From Nanobdellota archaeon (GTDB lineage: Archaea; Nanobdellota; Nanobdellia; Woesearchaeales; CAZZGN01), in the NCBI GenBank assembly GCA_051819665.1, contig JBNJDG010000009.1:1-41003 (forward strand): a stretch of DNA of 41,003 nt, written 5' to 3'. Made by a program: the position numbers and the translations under genes. Under the pieces are notes generated by a model. That model did not search any database and was not told the DNA's origin. It worked only from the letters and a program-made list of their open reading frames with translations. Below are positions 17,687 through 26,487 of the stretch, one piece after another (the stretch's first letter is position 1; each line of letters begins with the position of its first letter).

Positions 17687-18754
17687 TTATCGCTTATTCG
17701 TATAATAATGGAACATGAATACAAGCCCTGCAGCAAAGCTCGTGATCAGCTCCGCAAAGAGGAATATCGAGAATATCGTTATAGAGATTATTATGGGCAG
17801 GTAAGCCATGACTTTCTTCATCAGAGGCATAGAATCCATCATGCTCCTTGCATTATCTGCCATGTTCTCCCTGTATCCCTGGTCATTCAGCCTGTTATAT
17901 ATCTTGTCCACATAAGCTTCTGAATAATCATTGTCATTGATATTCTCCTGCATCGCTTCTACCCTTTCAGCTATCATCTCTTTCCTTTTCTGCTCGTACT
18001 TCTCTGAAGAGAGGTAAGCATCGACCTTCTGCCTTATCTTATCCTGCTGACTTTCTGGAAGATCATCGAAATTGGGAAAATTCATCTCTATATACTGATC
18101 TGTGGTCATCTCAGGGAACGAGCCTTCGACCATCTCCCTTATCCCTTCCTTGCTGACAGTCATATTGTTCTGGGAGATCATATCTCTTACCTGGTCTCTG
18201 CTTATAGTGAAAGAATCCTTTGACTTTATAGAATCAACCACGATTCCCTTAAACTCTGACTCGAAATGGTCCTGATTAGCTGAAACAAGCACGAAGGAAG
18301 CTATGAAAGCACCCACTGCAGCTATATAGAAAACTTTCCTGACAGCGCTCCAGCCTATACCGAACGAGGCAACAGGAGATTTCTCTTCCTTATTCACAAC
18401 GCCTTTAGTGACAGAGAGGATGCCGAGGAAATAGAACAGCCCGAGCAGAGAATAATACCTCATGCTGTCCATGAATATGAAAAGGGGCACAATAGCTATC
18501 AGTGAAGAGACTGCCGCATAGGACATATGGTTATCCTCCAACTGTCTTATTGCCACAAAGAAAATCGAGGTGGCCACCCCCAGAGATAATAGCAGGAGGA
18601 ATAGAGAGAGGATCCTCTCATTGAAGAGATTAACATAGGTATTTATATCGAATATGTTCATCATGCTTATTCCCAGGCCAGAGAATAAGTAGATGGAGAA
18701 CCATGTGAACAGAACGTATATCGCTAATTCCAGGAATACTTTTTTCTTTGTCAT
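17687..18754 (-). CDS. Hypothetical multi-pass membrane protein with a large helical soluble loop
   Basis: About five N-terminal TM helices, ~150-aa charged helical domain, one C-terminal TM. Confidence 0.65.
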   Translation of the reverse strand: MTKKKVFLELAIYVLFTWFSIYLFSGLGISMMNIFDINTYVNLFNERILSLFLLLLSLGVATSIFFVAIRQLEDNHMSYAAVSSLIAIVPLFIFMDSMRYYSLLGLFYFLGILSVTKGVVNKEEKSPVASFGIGWSAVRKVFYIAAVGAFIASFVLVSANQDHFESEFKGIVVDSIKSKDSFTISRDQVRDMISQNNMTVSKEGIREMVEGSFPEMTTDQYIEMNFPNFDDLPESQQDKIRQKVDAYLSSEKYEQKRKEMIAERVEAMQENINDNDYSEAYVDKIYNRLNDQGYRENMADNARSMMDSMPLMKKVMAYLPIIISITIFSIFLFAELITSFAAGLVFMFHYYTNKR

Positions 18755-18790
18755 GGAAGCTTCATAAAAAAAGTAATATTTAAGATTATC

Positions 18791-19732
18791 TCATGATCTG
18801 TAAGTGATACTTCCCGGATCGATCCTCGCACCTACCTGCTCGACGACTTTCGAGGCGAGATAGGAAGCATGATCCGTGACCTTCTCCAAAGGCAGGTTCT
18901 TCACAAGACCATAGAGAACAACCCCGGCATAGGCATCACCCGCTCCTGTACTGTCAACAGCATCTGCCTTATAGGGCTCAACTTCTATCATCTTCCCGTT
19001 CTCCATATACAGAGAACCTTTCTCTCCTATCTTGACAAAGACCAGATCTACCAGCTCAGAAAGTTCGATTAGAGAGCTTTCCGGTCCTTTGCCTGTGAGG
19101 GCCTTCGCTTCCTTATCGTTTAGGAACAATACATCCATGTCCTTAAGGACATCATCAAAAATCCCCTTATTCCTTTCCACAACACCCGGGTCTGCAATAT
19201 CGAGAGATAATTTCACCGAGGCATTCTTCGCTATCCTTATCGCTTCTCTTACAGTCTCGGGGAAGCTGTCGATCTGGTAACCTGAAAGATGCAGATATTT
19301 AGAAGAGCTTATTCTCTCCTCATCAAGATCCTCTTTCTCAAGGCTGGTGGCAGCACCGAGATAGACAGCGAAAGTCCTCTCAGAATCAGGGGTTATGAGA
19401 CATATTGCCCTGCCCGTTGGCTCATTAGAAGTTATCAAAGAATCACCTACAGGAGGAAGGTCCTTCCTGAAACTCTTCCCAAGGCTGTCCTTCCCTATCC
19501 TGCCGGCTAAGGTTGACTTTCCACCCAGTCCGGAGAAGACAGAAAGTGTATTCGCTACAGAACCGCCGGCCCTGGCCTCATAATCAAGATCCTTCACTAT
19601 CCTCTCCGCTTTCTCTTCATCAAGAAGATGGAAACGGCCCTTTTCAAGTCCGAAGTTCTCTAAGAATGAATCGTCCACCCTGACCAACAGATCAACAAGC
19701 GGATTGCCCACTCCATACAATTCGTTTGCCAT
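18791..19732 (-). CDS. PfkB-family nucleoside kinase, probably adenosine kinase
   Basis: GVGNPLVD, GGSVANT, TPDSERT, DSTGAGDAYAG; close to ahcY. Confidence 0.85.
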   Translation of the reverse strand: MANELYGVGNPLVDLLVRVDDSFLENFGLEKGRFHLLDEEKAERIVKDLDYEARAGGSVANTLSVFSGLGGKSTLAGRIGKDSLGKSFRKDLPPVGDSLITSNEPTGRAICLITPDSERTFAVYLGAATSLEKEDLDEERISSSKYLHLSGYQIDSFPETVREAIRIAKNASVKLSLDIADPGVVERNKGIFDDVLKDMDVLFLNDKEAKALTGKGPESSLIELSELVDLVFVKIGEKGSLYMENGKMIEVEPYKADAVDSTGAGDAYAGVVLYGLVKNLPLEKVTDHASYLASKVVEQVGARIDPGSITYRS

Positions 19733-19760
19733 ATTGGAAGTGTGATTGAGGAATCATTTA

Positions 19761-20699
19761 TTAAGCTATCGTCAGTATGGACTGTGCTATATGCTGGATA
19801 GTGGATGCCATGTTCTTGAAGTTCTCGATTATCCTGAGGCCGGGCTTATCATTCTCCTTTTCCAGCAGTCGATTGCATTCGTCCATAATGACCTGCTTAC
19901 CCTCTGTCATCAGCTCAAGGAGACTGTCCTTATCATTCTTTCTGTAAGCCTCCATCAGGGAGTTGTACTGTTTGAAAATCATCTTATAGAGCTTTTTCAT
20001 GCCCTCAGGAGAAGACCTGTCCATGTCCTCCATGAACCTGGATATCCTCTTCACCTGATCGCCGATCTTCTCAAGCCTCAGGATCACGAGCCATTTTATA
20101 GATATATCGACCGGCTCCAGGTTGATCTCCCTGGCAAAAACACTATTCCCGAAAGCTTTCCTCAGGACCCTGAAAGACAGGAAGACCATCCGGTTTATCT
20201 CCCTGTCCCTCTCATATACCTGGGAGGACGTCTTCTTCTCAGGGAAATCCACTGTATCATTCAACATGGAGACGATCATATTATTGACCCTCTGGATTAT
20301 CTCCTCTATCGAGACATTGCTCTCATTAAGAAGGTTCTTAAGTTTCATCGAATCAGAAGTAAGGTGCATTATCTCTATACCAGGAAGAAGGGAAACCGTG
20401 TACCTGAATTCAGAGATATTGCTCATTATCCCTTCACCTGTCATCGTTATCGAATCATAACCCCTAAGGTATGCAGTAACTAACTCAGCCCTCACTGCGG
20501 AAAGCTTCCTGCCCGAGATGTTTATAGTGAAACTCGACTCAACTTCCTTTTTCATACCGGGATTGATTATTATCTCGTCACTCTTCTCTATCACATTGAC
20601 AGAATCGCCTTTGACAAGTCCCTTCTTGTTTATCCAGTTGGTCGGCAGGGAAACAACATACGAATTGGTCCCGAATGATATTATCTTTCTTTGCACCAT
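19761..20699 (-). CDS. phoU: Archaeal PhoU-family regulator with N-terminal AbrB/SpoVT domain
   Basis: RKIISFGTNSYVVSLPTNWINKKGLVKGD, AYLRGYD, RDREINR, RLEKIGDQVKRI. Confidence 0.8.
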   Translation of the reverse strand: MVQRKIISFGTNSYVVSLPTNWINKKGLVKGDSVNVIEKSDEIIINPGMKKEVESSFTINISGRKLSAVRAELVTAYLRGYDSITMTGEGIMSNISEFRYTVSLLPGIEIMHLTSDSMKLKNLLNESNVSIEEIIQRVNNMIVSMLNDTVDFPEKKTSSQVYERDREINRMVFLSFRVLRKAFGNSVFAREINLEPVDISIKWLVILRLEKIGDQVKRISRFMEDMDRSSPEGMKKLYKMIFKQYNSLMEAYRKNDKDSLLELMTEGKQVIMDECNRLLEKENDKPGLRIIENFKNMASTIQHIAQSILTIA

Positions 20700-20790
20700 A
20701 TATATCAACTATACTTTTATTATACACTATATGGTATATAGGTAAAATATATATAAGTTTCGGAACACCCCCTGTTAAGAGGTGGGGACA

Positions 20791-20904
20791 ATGGAAGATT
20801 TCGATATATACCAGGAGTTTAGAGAACAATTTGTTGATGAAGATTCAATGACGGCAGAGGAAGAGGCCTTCATGAGAGGCTGGGATGAAGCATTCACCGA
20901 GTGA
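20791..20904 (+). CDS. Unannotated 37-aa acidic small protein
   Basis: SD GAGGTGG, TATA TATATAAG (~20750), T-tract after the stop; MEDFDIYQEFREQFVDEDSMTAEEEAFMRGWDEAFTE*. Confidence 0.7.
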   Translation: MEDFDIYQEFREQFVDEDSMTAEEEAFMRGWDEAFTE

Positions 20905-20913
20905 CTTGAGTGA

Positions 20914-20942
20914 TTTGTTTACTTTTTCTCTTATTATTTTTT
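20914..20942 (+). terminator. T-rich terminator
   Basis: TTTGTTTACTTTTTCTCTTATTATTTTTT immediately after the small ORF. Confidence 0.5.
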
Positions 20943-20958
20943 AGTGCTGTTGATCCTA

Positions 20959-20999
20959 TATCCACTAGACACTGGACATCCTTACGTAGCATATTTATT
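20959..20999 (+). repeat. GACACTGGACA motif copy 1 with TATA-like box
   Basis: TATCCA-CTAGACAC-TGGACA, 13 nt, TATTTATT; KilA-N ATG follows 22 nt later. Confidence 0.75.
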
Positions 21000-21021
21000 C
21001 CCTTTTTCTCTTTGATCCAGC

Positions 21022-21570
21022 ATGTCCAAGATCAATGTTAAAGGTTCTAAAATCAAAATCCAGCAGAAGTATAAAGGAGATTATATCTCTCTGACAGATA
21101 TTGCTAAACATAAGGATAATAGAACCGACGACATAATCAAGAATTGGCTCAGGAACAGGAACACTATTGAATTTCTGGGAATCTGGGAGACCATCAATAA
21201 CCCTGGATTCAATTCTGTCGAATTCGACGGGTTTAGAAAAAAAGCAGGACTGAATAGTTTTGTATTGACAGCCAGACAATGGACCCAGAAAACAGGAGCT
21301 ATCGGATTAATCTCCAGACCCGGCAGATATGGTGGTACTTTTGCCCACAAAGACATTGCCTTTGAGTTCGCTTCATGGATATCTGTTGAATTCAAACTAT
21401 ATCTTATTAAAGAATTCCAAAGACTGAAAGACCATGAACAGAAAAAACTTGGGTGGGACATAAAAAGGAATCTTGCAAAGATAAATTATTGGAAAACCGA
21501 ACAACTGTCCACAAGACACTGGACAAACCCGGATGAGATATTTAAACCCGTGGATTACAGTTTCTCTTGA
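21022..21570 (+). pseudogene. KilA-N domain DNA-binding protein, probably 3'-truncated
   Basis: DYISLTDIAK, WLRNRNTIEFLGIWE, GRYGGTFAHKDIAFEFASWIS; after KRNLAKINY the frame runs into repeat copy 2 and a promoter instead of the longer C-terminal region I recall for this family. Confidence 0.75.
21506..21546 (+). repeat. GACACTGGACA motif copy 2 with TATA box
   Basis: Perfect inverted repeat TGTCCA-CAAGACAC-TGGACA, 13 nt, TATTTAAA. Confidence 0.75.
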
Positions 21571-21580
21571 GGTGATATTG

Positions 21581-21834
21581 ATGGATATTGTGAAAAAACT
21601 GAATGAGAGATTAAGACCTGCACCGAAGAGGATCAGCGGAGATTATTACAACACCTTCAGGGAACAGCTGGAGATGTTCCACCTGGTGGAGGGGAGACTG
21701 CACCTCTATTTCTGAAAATGGAGAAGCAGGATTTAGATGATGGCATCCTCATGCACTGGGGTTATCTTACAGAAAAACAGAAGATGAGGATGAGGGAACT
21801 AGGGGTCAAGCCGGAAGAGTATAAGAGAGATTAG
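21581..21834 (+). pseudogene. Small hypothetical gene, either two ORFs (21581-21715, 21718-21834) or one frameshifted ~84-aa ORF
   Basis: SD GAGGTGA; MDIVKKLNER...LHLYF* then MEKQDLDD...YKRD*; one extra T in TATTTCTGAAAATG would fuse them (...YFLKMEK...). Confidence 0.45.
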
Positions 21835-22970
21835 ACGACATATCTCGGTATATCAGCATCCAGCCTGACAAGAAGCTCATAATTGAGCTGGTTATTGAAA
21901 TCACTGAAAGATGCTACCGAGATAGACCTCTCCCCCTGCTCTCCGATAAGAACAACCTCATCGCCTTTCTTAGCCTCAATATCGGTTATGTTGACGATGA
22001 GACAGTTCATATTCACAATCCCTATGACCTCTGCAACATAACCATTTATTATGACCCTCCCGTTATTACTCAGGGACCTTGAATAGCCGTAAGCATAACC
22101 CACAGGGATTATGGCTGTCCTCATATCATCATGGGCTATATAACTCACGCCATAGCCTATGAAATCTCCTGCCTTGATCCTCTTTGTAGTAAGGATCCTG
22201 CTCTTCCAGGAGATCACTCTCTTGATGGGAGATGTCTTATCCTCTTTATTATTGAGATAGCCTATCTTAGTCTCGGGACTGGGCCAGCTCCCATACTGCA
22301 ATATACCCACCCTGACAAGATCCATCTGGGTCTCCGGGAAAGATATAAGGGCTGCAGAGCATGCGGAGTGGTTGTATTCTGCAACTACATCCTTATTATT
22401 CAGCCATTTTATCTTCTTCCTGAATCTCTTTATCTGTTTCTTGACCCTGTAATAATTGCTTATGCTCTCAGCACCTGAATAATGAGTGCAGATCCCCTTT
22501 ATGATGAAATGATCCGGATTCTCCCTGATTATCCTTACCACTTCCTTGAGCTCTTTAGTGACAAAGCCCGTCCTGTTCATACCCGTCTCAATCTCAATAT
22601 GTATCTTTGCGGGCTTTCCCAGCCTTTTCGCCACCTCAAGAGCCTCGTTGAGCCTGTCGATATCAAATACGAAGAACTCTATCCCATTGTCTATGGTCCA
22701 TTCCATCTCATCGACAGAACCCATGATCATTATATCACTGTCCCTGCTGAGGGCTATCTTTACCCGCCGGGCTTCACTCGCACAGTAGACGGCAAAATGA
22801 TCTATGCCAAGCTCCTCGGCCATAGGAACGAACTGTTCTATCCCGTGACCATAAGCATTTCCCTTGACGACAGAGGAGATCCTTGACCTGCTTTTGGTTA
22901 TCTTCCTTATGAAATTGATATTGTGCTTTAGCGCTTCCTTATCCAATTCTAGCCATGAAGTCTGGAACAT
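21831..22970 (-). CDS. alr: Alanine racemase, bacterial type (PLP fold III)
   Basis: VVKGNAYGHG (PLP lysine), HIEIETGMNRTG, LVRVGILQYG, IGYG, PVGYAYG, GIVNMN, NYELL. Confidence 0.9.
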   Translation of the reverse strand: MFQTSWLELDKEALKHNINFIRKITKSRSRISSVVKGNAYGHGIEQFVPMAEELGIDHFAVYCASEARRVKIALSRDSDIMIMGSVDEMEWTIDNGIEFFVFDIDRLNEALEVAKRLGKPAKIHIEIETGMNRTGFVTKELKEVVRIIRENPDHFIIKGICTHYSGAESISNYYRVKKQIKRFRKKIKWLNNKDVVAEYNHSACSAALISFPETQMDLVRVGILQYGSWPSPETKIGYLNNKEDKTSPIKRVISWKSRILTTKRIKAGDFIGYGVSYIAHDDMRTAIIPVGYAYGYSRSLSNNGRVIINGYVAEVIGIVNMNCLIVNITDIEAKKGDEVVLIGEQGERSISVASFSDFNNQLNYELLVRLDADIPRYVV

Positions 22971-23029
22971 GATGCTATGGGAGCTACGGGTCGTTTTTAA
23001 ATGCTGTGATTTCTGAAAGAAAAGAGCTA

Positions 23030-23371
23030 TTATCTCTTATAAATATCTGAATCAAAGAACCTCTCCTGGAAATCCGTGAACTGCCTTATCTCATCCTCAG
23101 AATACTCCTTATCATCAGTGGATGTGACAAGCTTATCCTCGCTGTCATCCTTCCTCTCAATGACCGCTATGCACCTTGCTATGCAGAGATTTACTGGAGA
23201 GCTTGTACCGAGAACATAAGCATCTATCTCTTCACCGTCTCCAGCCATAGTACCTGGCACAAACCCATAATTGACAGGGTACTCGAAATCATATTCCGGA
23301 TGCCTGCTGCCAAGCTGCCGGTCTATCCTCACAACAACCTTCCTGCCTATGTATCCTCTCAGATCTTCCAT
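23030..23371 (-). CDS. Short family-I-like inorganic pyrophosphatase
   Basis: IDRQLGSRHP, YPVNYGFVPGTMAGDGEEIDAYVL, DDSEDKLV, FQERFF. Confidence 0.8.
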   Translation of the reverse strand: MEDLRGYIGRKVVVRIDRQLGSRHPEYDFEYPVNYGFVPGTMAGDGEEIDAYVLGTSSPVNLCIARCIAVIERKDDSEDKLVTSTDDKEYSEDEIRQFTDFQERFFDSDIYKR

Positions 23372-23403
23372 CTTTGCTTACCTATATACGGAAATATTTA
23401 AAC

Positions 23404-24549
23404 TTATCTTTCCACGACTATAAGAGGAACATGCATCTCCTCTCTGCTGATCCCGCCATGTATTCCTACAAGAGAGTTCTTCTCCTCATTCACGAGGCGA
23501 TCCTTCAAAATATAATTCTTCTTCATGAGGAGTGTGTAATCGCCTATCCTGTGTCTTAATCTCTCATTCTCCCTGAACTTACCGAAAAACCCCTTCCTGA
23601 GCAATTCTTCACTCTTGTAAATATAGCATTTGTCCTTAAGGTGCTTTCTCACATAATCCCTGAATCTCTTATCTTCAGCAGGATGAACATAACAGAAAAC
23701 TGCCCTTGGTTCACCGCAGAGAGGCACAGAGAGACATTCTTCCAGCTCAGGGTGATCCTCAAGCCATAACTCCGTGCCCATATCAGTGTCCACAAGACCG
23801 TGATCAGCAGTTATTATCACTTCTGTATCCTCTAATCGGGAGATCAGAGCCTTAAGCTCATCATCCATGATCCTGAAGTGTTCTTCTGCTGCTTCACTGT
23901 TTATGCCTTCTTCATGACTGACAGTATCAAATTCCGGCCAGTATGCGAATACGAACTTCTCCCCTTCCTTATTACAGGCCTCTTTTATCCTACGGGTGAA
24001 ACCTTCCAGGCTCCTATATCCATACACTGTCACGCCAGGAGTGTGCATATCAGTATAAGCCGTCCCTTTTATATGAGAAGGAGTTATATTATACATATCT
24101 GTCTTGAGCTTTTCCGCCAGAGGCTTACTTCCGAGAAGGGATTTCAGGCTTATGCCTTTATCATCCAGCTTCATCCCTCCTGCCCTGTCTTCACCTAAAA
24201 GAGGAGATATAACAGAACCTGTCTCCTTTGAGTTCATGAACCAGCCGGTGAATGAATGCTGTGCAGGTGCTTCCCCTGTGACAAAGCTGGTTATCGCGGC
24301 AGTTGTGGTTGAAGGGAAAACGGAGGTGATAGAGCCTCTTGTATTCTGCCAGAGGAAGGAATCCTTCCTTTTCCTGAGGAATTCATAACCCAGGCCGTCC
24401 ATCACTATGAGAAGAACATTCTTCTTCTTTCTCAATAAGGAAGCTGGCAGAATGCTTAGGTTCCTGTACCTGGTCTTATGCCCGAAGGCAGAAGAGACCG
24501 AGCTCATGAGATTGACAATACTTCCTCCGTCATAATGCGGCTTGTGCAT
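23404..24549 (-). CDS. Alkaline phosphatase superfamily / nucleotide pyrophosphatase-phosphodiesterase (cytoplasmic)
   Basis: VMDGLG, SVFPSTTTAAITS (Thr nucleophile), FDTVSHEEG, TADHG, GIHGGISREEMHVP; no signal peptide. Confidence 0.85.
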   Translation of the reverse strand: MHKPHYDGGSIVNLMSSVSSAFGHKTRYRNLSILPASLLRKKKNVLLIVMDGLGYEFLRKRKDSFLWQNTRGSITSVFPSTTTAAITSFVTGEAPAQHSFTGWFMNSKETGSVISPLLGEDRAGGMKLDDKGISLKSLLGSKPLAEKLKTDMYNITPSHIKGTAYTDMHTPGVTVYGYRSLEGFTRRIKEACNKEGEKFVFAYWPEFDTVSHEEGINSEAAEEHFRIMDDELKALISRLEDTEVIITADHGLVDTDMGTELWLEDHPELEECLSVPLCGEPRAVFCYVHPAEDKRFRDYVRKHLKDKCYIYKSEELLRKGFFGKFRENERLRHRIGDYTLLMKKNYILKDRLVNEEKNSLVGIHGGISREEMHVPLIVVER

Positions 24550-24606
24550 GGTACTTATGCAAAGAAAGAAGGATATAAAACTATCGGTCAACTTTCTTAC
24601 ATTTTT

Positions 24607-24642
24607 ACTGGACACTGGACAAACCGGCGTGAGAGTTATAAA
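24607..24642 (+). repeat. GACACTGGACA motif copy 3 with TATA box
   Basis: ACTGGAC-ACTGGAC-AAACC; TGGACA is followed after 13 nt by GTTATAAA; ATG 22 nt later. Confidence 0.75.
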
Positions 24643-24664
24643 TGGTTCTTACTATCGCGAATAC

Positions 24665-24829
24665 ATGAACAATGAACCGATCTATATTGATACAAATGTG
24701 ATAATGGATTTCATTTTGGGGAGAGATTCTCCAGAATATATCCAAAACCTTTTTAAACACTCTACTGTTCCCAACCCTAAGATAACTGAGGACAAAGTCC
24801 TTGGGAGGCAAAAAAATGGTAGACCTTAA
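24665..24829 (+). pseudogene. N-terminal fragment of a PIN/VapC-like ribonuclease
   Basis: MNNEPIYIDTNVIMDFILGRD is a typical PIN first strand and helix; similarity ends after ~22 codons, where the rps6e promoter begins. Confidence 0.6.
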
Positions 24830-25253
24830 AGTCGTAATATCAAACAAGGGTAAGACTTTCCAGAAGGAAGTCCAGGACGCAAAATCATTTCTAGACAAGA
24901 AGATCGGAGATAAGATCAAGGGAGAAGTTCTTGATTATACCGGTTATGAATTCGAGATCACCGGCGGTTCGGATAAGAGCGGGTTCCCGATGAGAAAGGA
25001 TGTAGAAGGGAACGGACGTGGTAAGATCCTTGCTGTAGAAGGTACTGGTCTGCACAGGAAGAAGTCCAAGACAAATAAAGGAAATCTCAAATTCCATGGT
25101 GCAAAGCAGAGAAAGACAGTCTCTGGTAATACCATCGGTCCGAGGACGGCCCAGGTAAATCTTAAGATCACGAAAGAGGGCAAAGAGAAGATTGCTGAGC
25201 TCCAACCTAAGGAAGAGCAGAAAGAAGAAGAAAAGAAAGAGGAAAAGCAATAA
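24816..25253 (+). CDS. rps6e: 30S ribosomal protein eS6
   Basis: KVVIS, GYEFEITGGSDKSGFPMRKDVEG, RKTVSGNTI, AQVNLKI. Confidence 0.95.
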   Translation: MVDLKVVISNKGKTFQKEVQDAKSFLDKKIGDKIKGEVLDYTGYEFEITGGSDKSGFPMRKDVEGNGRGKILAVEGTGLHRKKSKTNKGNLKFHGAKQRKTVSGNTIGPRTAQVNLKITKEGKEKIAELQPKEEQKEEEKKEEKQ

Positions 25254-26456
25254 ATGACAGACCAGCCAGAGATCAACATAGGACTTGTAGGACATGTGGA
25301 TCACGGAAAGACGACTCTTACAGAAAGATTGTCCGGCAGATGGACAGACACCCATTCCGAAGAGCTGAAGAGAGGAATAACCATAAGACTGGGTTATGCC
25401 AACACTTCTATCTGGGATGTAGACGGAAAGCTTGTCGCTGACGCTAAGAAGCCCAAGGGAGGGAAGCTCAAAAGATCCATCAGTTTCATCGATGCACCAG
25501 GGCATGAGAGCCTTATGGCAACCATGCTTTCAGGAGCCACAGTTATGGATGGTGCTATCCTCATGGTCTCTGCTAATGAAGAATGCCCTCAGCCACAGAC
25601 CAAAGAGCACCTGATGGCCCTGAAGATAATGGGCATGAAGAACGTCATAGTGATCCAGAACAAGATAGACCTTGTAGAGGAGAAGAAAGCTCTTGAGAAC
25701 TATAAGCAGATAAAAGAGTTCCTTAAGGATACGCCTTACAAGGATGCTCCGATTATACCGATTTCAGCACAGCATGGTGCTAATATCGATGTCTTGGTGG
25801 ATGCTATTGAAGAATACCTGCCCACTCCGGAAAGAGATTTGGAAAAGAGCCCCAAGATGCTCACTACCAGATCCTTCGATATCAACAAACCAGGCAGTGA
25901 GATAAAGGACATCCAGGGAGGTGTCATCGGCGGAGGCGTCATGCAGGGCAAGTTCAAGGAAGGGGATGAGATCGAGATCAAACCAGGTATGAAGCTTGAA
26001 GAGAAGAACCAGATAGTCTATAAGCCCGTGAAGACGAAGATCCAGAGTGTTTATTCCGGAAGCAAGAGGATAAAAGAAGCTATCCCCGGTGGATCAGTCG
26101 GTCTCAAGACCTCGCTCGATCCTGCTATCGTGAAATCAGATTCTCTCTCAGGTTCCCTTATAGGGCATCCGGGTGAACTGCCTGAAGTCCATTATGAGCT
26201 AAAGCTGAAAGTTCATCTGCTTGACAGGGTTGTCGGAACGAAAGAGGATATTGAAGTAGAGTCCATAAAGCCCAAAGAGATCCTTATGCTCAATGTCAAC
26301 TCAACCGCCACTGTGGGTGTTGTATATGACATCAGCAAGGAAGAGATCGATTGTAAACTCAAGCTTCCTGTCTGTGCTGAGAAAGGCGCGAGAGTGACGA
26401 TCTCGAGAAGGATGGGCAACAGGTTCAGGCTCATCGGTTATGGGTTCATCGAATAA
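25254..26456 (+). CDS. eif2g: Translation initiation factor aIF2 gamma
   Basis: [55 protein letters not shown]. Confidence 0.97.
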   Translation: MTDQPEINIGLVGHVDHGKTTLTERLSGRWTDTHSEELKRGITIRLGYANTSIWDVDGKLVADAKKPKGGKLKRSISFIDAPGHESLMATMLSGATVMDGAILMVSANEECPQPQTKEHLMALKIMGMKNVIVIQNKIDLVEEKKALENYKQIKEFLKDTPYKDAPIIPISAQHGANIDVLVDAIEEYLPTPERDLEKSPKMLTTRSFDINKPGSEIKDIQGGVIGGGVMQGKFKEGDEIEIKPGMKLEEKNQIVYKPVKTKIQSVYSGSKRIKEAIPGGSVGLKTSLDPAIVKSDSLSGSLIGHPGELPEVHYELKLKVHLLDRVVGTKEDIEVESIKPKEILMLNVNSTATVGVVYDISKEEIDCKLKLPVCAEKGARVTISRRMGNRFRLIGYGFIE

Positions 26457-26487
26457 TTTTTTATAATATTCTTTTATAATTCTTTAA

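Noticed and set aside
17656..17736. N-terminal extensions given by the ORF track (ahcY; also cspA 2045, 11292, 24615, 27966, 35066)
   Set aside because: Downstream ATGs fit SD or TATA spacing and family N-termini better.
23785..23800. TGTCCACAAGAC, a 12-nt match to the left half of repeat copy 2
   Set aside because: Lies inside the conserved DHGLVDT coding motif, lacks the ACTGGACA half and has no TATA box; treated as chance.
20959..24642. CRISPR array or integron attC interpretation of the repeats
   Set aside because: The repeats are only 11-18 bp, spaced 0.5 and 3.1 kb apart; no cas or intI genes; no RYYYAAC/GTTRRRY ends.
24665..24829. PIN fragment as the conserved PIN gene of the rps6e-eif2g operon
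   Set aside because: That gene normally follows eif2g and is full length; this one is upstream, only ~22 codons of similarity, and has its own motif-linked promoter.
25200..25253. Glu-rich eS6 tail as the RimK substrate
   Set aside because: eS6 is not homologous to bacterial bS6, the tail ends in KQ rather than Glu, and E/K-rich tails are common throughout this window.
26457..26487. Duplicated TTTTATAAT before the EamA gene as a target-site duplication
   Set aside because: Low-complexity AT sequence explained by an overlapping terminator and TATA box.
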